DNA of 31,309 nt, from contig JAQURN010000001.1 of NCBI GenBank assembly GCA_028715585.1, forward strand, positions 1 through 31,309, given 5' to 3'. A program made the position numbers and the translations under genes. This DNA is from Actinomycetota bacterium. Lineage in GTDB: Bacteria > Actinomycetota > Geothermincolia > Fen-727 > JAQURN01. Below the pieces are notes generated by a model. That model was not told where the DNA came from, did not search any database, and saw only the letters and a program-made list of their open reading frames with translations. Of the stretch, positions 19,413 to 27,309 are shown piece after piece (the first letter of the stretch is position 1; every line of letters begins with the position of its first letter).

Positions 19413-20261
19413 CTATAAAAGTCTCTCTCCACAAAGAGGGGGGCTGGATGAATAAATCTCGTCGATTAAAATCACGCCATATTTTGCCCCAGCGAAACTT
19501 CTCGCCTCTCTAAAATCTCCTTTGATTTGATAACTCACAGCGTCTTGTGTCACGATGCCCAAAGCTATCCTTTTCCCCTCCTCTAGCCTTGCGACTTCGC
19601 TATTGTGTTTCTTTATCCTCAATACGAGTGTTCCGCCCCTCTTCAGGTGAACAGCAAGAGATGGAAATGCCCGCGGAACGCCATCATCGCCCACAAACGC
19701 TATGGCTTTCACACCAAGAAGGCTATTGAATCTCTTTCTCACGGCGGATGGAACGCTAAGATAACTTTTATTCCTCTCTCGGATCAAACTTCCAAAAAGA
19801 TGGGTCGCGAGGAAATCCGATAAGTAGCCAAGATACGAGGCGCCCGCTGGGAGATTTGTTTTTTCGGTGAGGCGTATTATTCCCACGTTGTGGATACCCA
19901 TGTAGGCATTGTATCTAAAGAACTCGATGCTATTTATCTCATCGATAACAGGACCACTATCCACCCATTCCTCCACCTCACCCTCGAAACCAGCAAACTC
20001 GAGCTTTTCAGATACGGCAACACTTGCCAAATGTTTGTCATTAAGAAGGTTCTCTTTCGTCTTCACCATCATGAAATCTCCAAATGCCACCTTCCCGTTA
20101 TCAATTGGCATCTGGCTTATGATGAGCGCGATGTTAGGCTCTCCCTCCGCGGAGACTGTGGCAAGGAATTTAGCCGCTTGGGGCTCTCGATACAAATCGA
20201 GCTCCCGAGGTGAGAGCGTCACGCCTTCTTCACCTTGCAAATCCAGCTTTTTCAAGTTCAA
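19413..20261 (-). CDS. Tandem pyridoxamine-5'-phosphate-oxidase-like (FMN-binding split barrel) protein
   Basis: Two similar halves: AKFLATVSAEGEPNIA...KTKENL and VKAIAFVGDDGVPRAFP...SYQIKGDF. Confidence 0.7.
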   Translation of the reverse strand: MNLKKLDLQGEEGVTLSPRELDLYREPQAAKFLATVSAEGEPNIALIISQMPIDNGKVAFGDFMMVKTKENLLNDKHLASVAVSEKLEFAGFEGEVEEWVDSGPVIDEINSIEFFRYNAYMGIHNVGIIRLTEKTNLPAGASYLGYLSDFLATHLFGSLIRERNKSYLSVPSAVRKRFNSLLGVKAIAFVGDDGVPRAFPSLAVHLKRGGTLVLRIKKHNSEVARLEEGKRIALGIVTQDAVSYQIKGDFREARSFAGAKYGVILIDEIYSSSPPLCGERLL

Positions 20262-20270
20262 ACCCGCGCT

Positions 20271-21236
20271 TTAACTCTTGGTCATTCCAGACCAGTGGAC
20301 ATTTTTTGCCCCGCAAGAAATCGCCTTTCTCGCTAGACTTTCCATCTTTGAGTGCTCGAGAAGAGGCTTTCCCTCCAGCTTCCATTCCATAGAGAGTCGC
20401 TTATACTTCGATGCGCATGTATTGTTGAATGCCAGCAAATCGTATCTCTGGACGTTATCGAGCGAAGAGACAAATCTCAAAATACCTTCGATATTTTCCT
20501 CGGCATCCGTGTAGCCGGGTATTATTGGAGTTCTTATCCACACCGGCTTTCCAAATTCGGAAATGGTTTTTAAATTTTTTGTAACCAGTTCAAGAGGTAT
20601 CCCGGTCCACTCAAGATGCTTTTCTGGGTCAGAAACTTTCACGTCCAACAAAACTATATCAACAAATGGAAGGACTTCCTCTAAAGCCTCCACCTCATAA
20701 CCTCCAGAGGTGTCTAACGCTGTGTGCAATCTGTTCTCTTTGCAAAGGCGAAGGAATTCCTTTACGAAATGGTGTTGAACTAGGGGCTCTCCCCCGGATA
20801 CCGTTATGCCACCCCCAGAATTCTCGTAGAAAGCACTGTCTCTTACTACTTCGCTCAACACTTCCTCGGGAAGATAATATCTACCCACCAGCTCAATCGC
20901 TCCCGTGGGACAAGCTTCCGCGCACTTTCCACAACCATCACATCTTCCTCTGTCTATCAACATACCAGATGGCTCCAGCCGCAAAGCGTCTTGCGCGCAA
21001 ACTCTCACACATTCCAGAGCCGCTATGCACCGCGTTTCAAACCACATTATCTCCTGTTTCTTCTTAAGTCCCTCTGGATTCTGGCACCATGGGCAACGGA
21101 GGGAACACCCTTTCATAAAAACCGTGCTCCTGATTCCAGGGCCATCCTCTATCGAAAACCTCTGGATGTTGAATATGAGCCCTTTTAGAGCGCCTTCAAA
21201 TTCAGAATCCGTGAGATTCTCTGGCGATGATTTCAT
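20271..21236 (-). CDS. Glycyl-radical enzyme activating protein (radical SAM with ferredoxin-like insertion)
   Basis: IFNIQRFSIEDGPGIRSTVFMKGCSLRCPWCQNPE; insertion CDGCGKCAEACPTGA; GGGITVSGGEP; HTALDTSG; IRTPIIPG; overlaps the GRE stop by 35 nt. Confidence 0.95.
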   Translation of the reverse strand: MKSSPENLTDSEFEGALKGLIFNIQRFSIEDGPGIRSTVFMKGCSLRCPWCQNPEGLKKKQEIMWFETRCIAALECVRVCAQDALRLEPSGMLIDRGRCDGCGKCAEACPTGAIELVGRYYLPEEVLSEVVRDSAFYENSGGGITVSGGEPLVQHHFVKEFLRLCKENRLHTALDTSGGYEVEALEEVLPFVDIVLLDVKVSDPEKHLEWTGIPLELVTKNLKTISEFGKPVWIRTPIIPGYTDAEENIEGILRFVSSLDNVQRYDLLAFNNTCASKYKRLSMEWKLEGKPLLEHSKMESLARKAISCGAKNVHWSGMTKS

Positions 21237-23595
21237 CCTGAACTTCTTTCCCTAAAGTAGTGAAGTACGCGTTATACCCCGTTACTCTCACCAAAAGGTT
21301 GGAATACTCGACTGGTTTTCTCTGGGCTTCCTTTAGGGTTTCTGGGTCTATCACGTTTATCTGAAGTGCTGTTCCTCCAACTTCGCCATAAGCCTTGATG
21401 TAGAAAGCGAATTTTTCTATCTTTTCCTCCCCCTTAAGAAGCGAGGGATTGAAAGAAATAGTATGAGAATCCCCACTTGGAGCGGTCTCCAGCCCGAGCT
21501 TTCCGACCGATTTGGCAACAGCGGTGGGTCCATTTCTATCTGTGCCGTTCACGGGACAGACCCCATTGGAAAGGAATGTGCCTCTGTGTCTGCCATCGGG
21601 AGTTGCTGAAGTAAAGGGGGCATACGCAACCCAATAATTCCAGGAGAGATACCCACCGCGATACCTCCTCCCAGTGGGGGTTTGGTGCTTGAAGGCTTCC
21701 TGTGTCCAAAACCTGGAGAGGTATCTCGCTACTTCGTCGGCATAATCATCATCGTTTCCGTATTTTGGGGCTTTGTTTAACAAGAGGCGACGTAGTTTTT
21801 CGTTCCCCTCGAAATTTTCCCTTATGGCACGGGTAAGCTCAGCCATGGATACAGTTTTATCCTCATAGACAAGCTTCTTTATCGCGGCAAGAGAATCGGC
21901 AGCGGTGGCAAAAGCAACCCCTTCCATGGTCACGTAATTGTGCTCGGGTCCAGCATTTGTCACATCCCTACCCGACTCCGCACATCCCCTCACCAGAGCG
22001 GAAAGATAAGGGGTGGGCTCATACTTGCTCCGCAAACCATCCGAGATGTTATAAAGGCTCACCAGCTTTGAGATAAGTGATTTTAGCTGTTCCTCGAACG
22101 CTTCCTTGAAATCATTCCAATCGGCGAAACGCTTTGGGTCGCCAGTGCGTGGTCCAAGCCTCTTCCCGCTTGCGGCATCCTTTCCGTTGAAAAGGGTGAG
22201 CTCGACAGCCTTAGCCAGGTTGATGTTTACATCTACGGTTCCCGACCTATCATTTCCCTGGAGGGTGTTTTCGAGACAGCCAACTGGCGCATAATCCCAG
22301 ACATCCTCCTCAGGTAACCCCTCCCACTTGAGTCCAGCCTCCGACTTTTCGTCGAAGTTCAAGATGAAAGGCGAGCCCTGAGCGGAAGATACCATTCCGG
22401 CAAGGCGCAGAATGAGTTTTGGCGGGGTATTCTTGTGTATGCGCACGTTCGGTTTGGGCTCGAGGAGGTTCATCTCCTCTATGACCTCTAACATAAGCCA
22501 TGTGAGTTCATTCGATACATCTTCACCATTAGGACCATGACCACCCAGAGTTACGAGCTGTCCATAGCCACTGGTTATCCCTCTGGTTCTTCCAACTCGA
22601 TGCATGAAGTCATACGCATAATTTGGCTTTATCCAGAAGCACTCGAGCAACTCCTTTGCCCATTCTCTCGTGAGCTTTCCCTCCTCCAAATCTTTTTTGT
22701 AATAGGGGAACAAATACTGGTCTATCCGACCAAAAGAAAGCCCTGGGCCAGGATAGGACTCCTGGGTCATAACCAGCATGTGCAAAAACCAAAGAGACTG
22801 GAGCGCTTCGTGAAATGTTTCAGCGGGTTTGCCAGGGGTCTTTTCGCAGATTCTTGCTATTTCCCCTAACTCCTGCCTACGCCGTTCATCCGTACAGCTA
22901 GAGGCAAGCTTTTCTGCTTCTTTCGAATATCGCTTAGAAAATGCTTTTGCTCCTTCGCAAGAAATCACCAACGCCTCGAGAAAATCTAGGTGAGACTTAG
23001 AAGCGGCATTTTCTTTCAATCCCTCGAAGTAGGAAATCAGTCCATCAAGCCCAAATCTCAATGCCCTGGGGTAATCTGGAATCAAATGCCCCGGGGTGGC
23101 TCCAGCATTTCCCATCCCAGAGGAGTTGAGCTCGCCCATGAGCTTTATCCACTTTTTCGTAAGCTTTCTCCAATGACGGCTCTCTTTCTTGTTCAGCGAT
23201 CGGGAAAGTACAGCATTGAAATGCCCGCCCACGATGAGCTCTCCATCCAAAATCCTCACGGGAATATAGGTTGAAACGACTTCCCGAAAGAAGATAGCGG
23301 CACGCAGAATGAGTGGTTTGTCCCAGAAATCGCCTGGAAGTTCTACCGTCTTTGCCGCGAGTGGAAGCGTTTCCAAAAAGGCAGGCTGGAATTGGAACAA
23401 TTCCGGTACGACTCCCCATTCGCTGGGAGACCATACGGTATCCCAACCCTTCCCATTCGAAAAGGGAATCAGCTCGTTTCGAAAATACTTGCGGCTCTCG
23501 ATGTCTGCGTACTCCTCGCGGAGCCTCGAGACTCTTTCCGAAAGCTTCTGGGAAGGTCCCCAGATTTCCCTAGCAGCTTGACTACTCTCATTCAT
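21202..23595 (-). CDS. Glycyl radical enzyme (PFL2 / glycerol-dehydratase-like family), substrate unknown; probable start ATG 23595
   Basis: Gly loop LLVRVTGYNAYF; Cys loop YAPVGCLE; ETFHEALQSLWF; SFGRIDQYLFPYY; NKAPKYGNDDDYAD; ATPDGR; LQINV; adjacent activating enzyme. Confidence 0.93.
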   Translation of the reverse strand: MNESSQAAREIWGPSQKLSERVSRLREEYADIESRKYFRNELIPFSNGKGWDTVWSPSEWGVVPELFQFQPAFLETLPLAAKTVELPGDFWDKPLILRAAIFFREVVSTYIPVRILDGELIVGGHFNAVLSRSLNKKESRHWRKLTKKWIKLMGELNSSGMGNAGATPGHLIPDYPRALRFGLDGLISYFEGLKENAASKSHLDFLEALVISCEGAKAFSKRYSKEAEKLASSCTDERRRQELGEIARICEKTPGKPAETFHEALQSLWFLHMLVMTQESYPGPGLSFGRIDQYLFPYYKKDLEEGKLTREWAKELLECFWIKPNYAYDFMHRVGRTRGITSGYGQLVTLGGHGPNGEDVSNELTWLMLEVIEEMNLLEPKPNVRIHKNTPPKLILRLAGMVSSAQGSPFILNFDEKSEAGLKWEGLPEEDVWDYAPVGCLENTLQGNDRSGTVDVNINLAKAVELTLFNGKDAASGKRLGPRTGDPKRFADWNDFKEAFEEQLKSLISKLVSLYNISDGLRSKYEPTPYLSALVRGCAESGRDVTNAGPEHNYVTMEGVAFATAADSLAAIKKLVYEDKTVSMAELTRAIRENFEGNEKLRRLLLNKAPKYGNDDDYADEVARYLSRFWTQEAFKHQTPTGRRYRGGYLSWNYWVAYAPFTSATPDGRHRGTFLSNGVCPVNGTDRNGPTAVAKSVGKLGLETAPSGDSHTISFNPSLLKGEEKIEKFAFYIKAYGEVGGTALQINVIDPETLKEAQRKPVEYSNLLVRVTGYNAYFTTLGKEVQDEIIARESHGF

Positions 23596-23629
23596 CCTTC
23601 GACACCACCACTTGCGAACGTGCCAACAC

Positions 23630-24889
23630 TCAACTTTGTTCGAGGTTCTTCTCAACCCAAGAGAGCATCGAATCGAGGCGCTCGATAACCTCCAGCGCTT
23701 CCTCCTTTTTTATGATAAGGGGAGGAAGTATCTGGCTTATCGACGTGTCATTGTTAGCGTAAATCGTAAGGATACCGTTCTGGAACCCAGCAAGCGTCAG
23801 CATCGGTCCGCACCACTCGGTTGCCATTTTCAAGCCAATCATAAGCCCTTTTTGTCGAACCTCCACGAGGAGTTCGGGATATTTAGCCTTCAACTCCAAG
23901 AGCCCTTTTTCAAAAAGGCTAGCCATGCTTCTCACATGCTCTAGAAATTCAGGACGCTCGAGTATTTCCACCACCTTGAGAGCAACACGACAGCCAACCT
24001 CTGACCCTCCAAAAGTAGATATATGAATGAAGGGATTTTCATGGAAAAAGCCATCTAGCTCATCGCTATAAACCACGGCTGACATGGGATAAATTCCTCC
24101 AGAGAGCCCTTTCCCGGTAACAATCATGTCTGGAACGACCCCGTAGGTGTCGATTGCCCAATATGCCCCGCATCTCCCAAGCCCGGTTTGCACCTCGTCG
24201 CAAATCATCACCGCGCCTTTTTCCTTTGTAATCCTACGTACCTCCTTAAAATAGTCTTCTGGAGGAATAGCCATCCCTAAAGTGGCGGGAATGGTTTCGA
24301 AAAGAACCGCCGCCGTGTTTTCATTCACAGCCTGTTCCAATTGTGAAACATCCCCAAATTTAACTTTCTTATATCCGGGGACCAACGGCTCGAAGGGTTT
24401 GGAATACAGTTCGTCTCCCGCTGGAAGAGCAAAGCCAGTGTGCCCATGAAATCCGCCGATGGCGGAGACTATCTCCGCCCTTTTCGTGTAACCCCTTGCA
24501 AGCTTGATAGCAATGTCTATTGCCTCACCTCCACCAGCAGCGAAAACAACGCGGTTTACATCCCCTGGACAAATGCCCGCCAGCCTTTCACCAAGTATTG
24601 CTTTTTGCTCGCTCATGAAGTGATGGTTACCGATATCAAGCTCGCCAAGTGCCTCTTTCAGAGTATCGACTATTTCTGGATTGCGGTGTCCGAGGTTGAA
24701 CACGCCCCCGTTGCAGTGACAATTGATAAGTTTCATCTTCTCATCCATGTCATATATGTATATTCCCTCTCTCCTACCAGGGATGAAATCCAACCCTGCC
24801 TTGGTAAAAAAATCCGCCTTCCCGCTCGAGACATATCGCCCAAATTTCTCGATTGCTTCCTTTTTACTCAAACTCCCAATCAAACTCAT
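23630..24889 (-). CDS. Class III aminotransferase-fold PLP enzyme (PatA/ArgD/HpnO-like)
   Basis: GVFNLGHRNP, GGGEAID.AIKLAR, GFHGHT, DEVQTGLGR, GKGLSGG (PLP lysine), STFGG; SD AGGAGG. Confidence 0.93.
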   Translation of the reverse strand: MSLIGSLSKKEAIEKFGRYVSSGKADFFTKAGLDFIPGRREGIYIYDMDEKMKLINCHCNGGVFNLGHRNPEIVDTLKEALGELDIGNHHFMSEQKAILGERLAGICPGDVNRVVFAAGGGEAIDIAIKLARGYTKRAEIVSAIGGFHGHTGFALPAGDELYSKPFEPLVPGYKKVKFGDVSQLEQAVNENTAAVLFETIPATLGMAIPPEDYFKEVRRITKEKGAVMICDEVQTGLGRCGAYWAIDTYGVVPDMIVTGKGLSGGIYPMSAVVYSDELDGFFHENPFIHISTFGGSEVGCRVALKVVEILERPEFLEHVRSMASLFEKGLLELKAKYPELLVEVRQKGLMIGLKMATEWCGPMLTLAGFQNGILTIYANNDTSISQILPPLIIKKEEALEVIERLDSMLSWVEKNLEQS

Positions 24890-24946
24890 CTCTCCTCCTA
24901 AAAATCCTCAAAAGCCACATAGGGGCATCGAAATGCATCCCTCGCA

Positions 24947-25963
24947 TCACACCGTTTTCTTAAACTGCCAATGGCGTTTTACCCTGGGCGGAAGTACATA
25001 TGGATAATCTTTTCTTAGCACTTTGGTTCGAAAGAATCTATCCAGCTTTCTCAAGTCGAGGTACACACTCCATACAGCAGCGTCTTTTCTGTAAAAACTA
25101 TCCACCTCCTTTTGGGAAATCGGAAACACTCCCAATGTTTTCCCCTCTTGTGAAAAGAAATCATTTGCGACCTCGACAAGTTCTCCCACTAGCTCTGACA
25201 TGCCTTCCTTGTGAAAATTGGCAATCATGTCCACGACAAGTCCCCTCAAATCATAGTAATGCCCAACCACATCCTCCAGCACCAGATTGCCAAGAAGTCG
25301 CGCAAGAAGCGGAGGAGAATTTCTCAGGAACAATTCCGTGTTGAGTTGCTCAACACCGTCAATTCTGTAAAGGGGTGTAGAGGTGTCGAAGTATTTCAAC
25401 TGAATATCATCGCCAAGCCCGGGATTCTGCTGGTCGAAACCCATAATCGACCAGTTAGAGACTTGTCCATCTATCGCAATCTGAACATCCGGATTTCTCT
25501 GGTTAAATTCCCAGACTTTCATGAACTCCCCAAGGACTGCGCGCACGAGTTTGGCTATTTCTTCCTTGGCGAGAACATGGATAGCTCTGTGCCCAATGGA
25601 AAGTGGGTCCAGTTTCTCTTGGATGATGTAGAATACCGGTCTCCCAGCGCTAGAAACAAAACCTACTCCCCAGTAACGGGGAAGCTTCAAGCCAGCTTGC
25701 AAAAGCAGGTCGCAATAGGTTTCATAAACCGCCTCATACCTGCGTAGTTCGAATTCGCTTACAAACATTGGCATCCGCTTGAAAGCAAAATCTTTGACTT
25801 CTTCCTTTTGAATCTCCAAGACGGTCCCTATTTCCCCATAGCCAAGAATTTTAGCTGGTATCCCGCTCCTCTCTGGGTGTTTGGGGTCTAAAGAATCCTC
25901 GAACCTCTTTATTAGTTCGATTTTCACAGGGAGATCCGCGACATAGCTTTTCTCATCACCCAT
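24947..25963 (-). CDS. DUF6206-like protein with protein-kinase-like motifs; probable start ATG 25963 rather than 26038
   Basis: FEDSLDP.HPERS.IPAKILGYGEIGTV...AFKRMPMF recalled as DUF6206 (from memory, not searched); GxGxxG, beta3 Lys, DGQVSN and YFD motifs. Confidence 0.65.
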   Translation of the reverse strand: MGDEKSYVADLPVKIELIKRFEDSLDPKHPERSGIPAKILGYGEIGTVLEIQKEEVKDFAFKRMPMFVSEFELRRYEAVYETYCDLLLQAGLKLPRYWGVGFVSSAGRPVFYIIQEKLDPLSIGHRAIHVLAKEEIAKLVRAVLGEFMKVWEFNQRNPDVQIAIDGQVSNWSIMGFDQQNPGLGDDIQLKYFDTSTPLYRIDGVEQLNTELFLRNSPPLLARLLGNLVLEDVVGHYYDLRGLVVDMIANFHKEGMSELVGELVEVANDFFSQEGKTLGVFPISQKEVDSFYRKDAAVWSVYLDLRKLDRFFRTKVLRKDYPYVLPPRVKRHWQFKKTV

Positions 25964-26078
25964 TCTCACCACTCGCAAATCCTCTTTATTTCCAAACGAA
26001 TGGTGTAAGCTTACCTCATTGTGCATTGATTTTTCCAAAGATAAAAGCTCTCAAGAAGGCAAATGGAAGGTAAAAAAA

Positions 26079-27302
26079 CTGAAAGTGGCCGAGCTGGATA
26101 ACTTTTTCGCCTTTGAAAAATGTGACTCTTGTGGGGAATGCCTCCTCCGGTGTCCCGAGTTCGGGAGCAATCTTCCAGGTGCAAAGAAAGCTTTTCAAGA
26201 TCTCCTGGATGGGTGGGAATCATCGGAAATCCTCTCGAGATGCAATTCCTGCATGAGCTGCAATGTTTCCTGCGACAAAGGGGCTAATCCATATGGTTTG
26301 ATACTCTACCGCTGGCATCAAAGAAACGCCTCAAAGGGTTATCCCTTAAGAGCATCTCTGGTAATGCCCCTAGAACCGGAAAACGTATGGCAGAGGGTAC
26401 TAAGGAAACTACCACCCGATGAATGGGCAACATTGGAGGAGTGGAAAAATATCGAGAGAGCATCCATCAGGAACATAGCACTTTTTGCGGGTTGCAATCT
26501 GCAGATATTTCCTTATCTCGCGCATCCTTCAATTGTCGGCGATATCCCTATTTTTGGGAGACCTGATTTGTGCTGTGGAGAGGTCTATTATCGCGTTGGA
26601 GCGCTAGGAAGGGTAGAAAAAATTGCCCAGAGGCTCGTGGAAATATACTCAGAGTTTCCTATAAAGCAACTCGTATTCTACTGCCAGGCTGGCTATAACA
26701 TGCTCAAAAATATCCTCCCGACATATTTCGGAGCTTCTTTCCCATTTCGAATTACATACCTGGGGGATGAGCTATATCAAAAGGTCATGTCCGGAGAGCT
26801 GGATGTAAAGGACAAGCTCGCTGGGCTCAAGGTAACCCTTCATGACCCGTGCCATTCAAAGGTCCTGGGAAGAAATTTCCAAAGCAAACCGAGAGAGATC
26901 CTCGAGCATATGGGGTGCCGTGTCATCGAGATGGAACACAACCGCTCTTACGCGCGTTGCTGTGGCCTTGGAAATGGAGCAGCACGCTTCAATCCCATTG
27001 ATATAACCCTCGGCTGCGCAAAACGGCTTTTAGAAGCCAAGAAAACGGGGGCAGACAGGCTCATCACTTATTGCAACACATGCTTTTTGCTCTTTTCCAT
27101 TGGAAGCGAGCTCACTCCATTTGGAGTCGAGCCATATCACCTGAATGAACTAATCCTCGAGGCTCTTGGAGAAAAATACGAACGCAGAAACCTCGCCAGG
27201 GGGCGCTTGATGCTAAAAGAACTCGCCCTTGGCGGTTTCCCTACGGTCTTGTCTCCCAAACGCTTTCAGCTGGACGATTTCCACTCCCCAGCGCAGCAAT
27301 AA
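26079..27302 (+). CDS. (Fe-S)-binding protein with 4Fe-4S dicluster and two CCG domains (HdrD/GlpC/GlcF-like); start CTG 26079 or GTG 26085
   Basis: CDSCGECLLRCP and CNSCMSCNVSC; FAGC, LCCG, YCQAG; LHDPCH, RCCG, YCNTC. The ORF-track start at 26019 overlaps the divergent gene's extended ORF. Confidence 0.85.
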   Translation: MKVAELDNFFAFEKCDSCGECLLRCPEFGSNLPGAKKAFQDLLDGWESSEILSRCNSCMSCNVSCDKGANPYGLILYRWHQRNASKGYPLRASLVMPLEPENVWQRVLRKLPPDEWATLEEWKNIERASIRNIALFAGCNLQIFPYLAHPSIVGDIPIFGRPDLCCGEVYYRVGALGRVEKIAQRLVEIYSEFPIKQLVFYCQAGYNMLKNILPTYFGASFPFRITYLGDELYQKVMSGELDVKDKLAGLKVTLHDPCHSKVLGRNFQSKPREILEHMGCRVIEMEHNRSYARCCGLGNGAARFNPIDITLGCAKRLLEAKKTGADRLITYCNTCFLLFSIGSELTPFGVEPYHLNELILEALGEKYERRNLARGRLMLKELALGGFPTVLSPKRFQLDDFHSPAQQ

Positions 27303-27309
27303 ACGGAGG

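Noticed and set aside
21202-23655. Calling the GRE pyruvate formate-lyase (pflB) or choline TMA-lyase (cutC)
   Set aside because: It lacks the PFL Cys-Cys pair, and there are no microcompartment or cut-type neighbours; the specific residues could not be verified.
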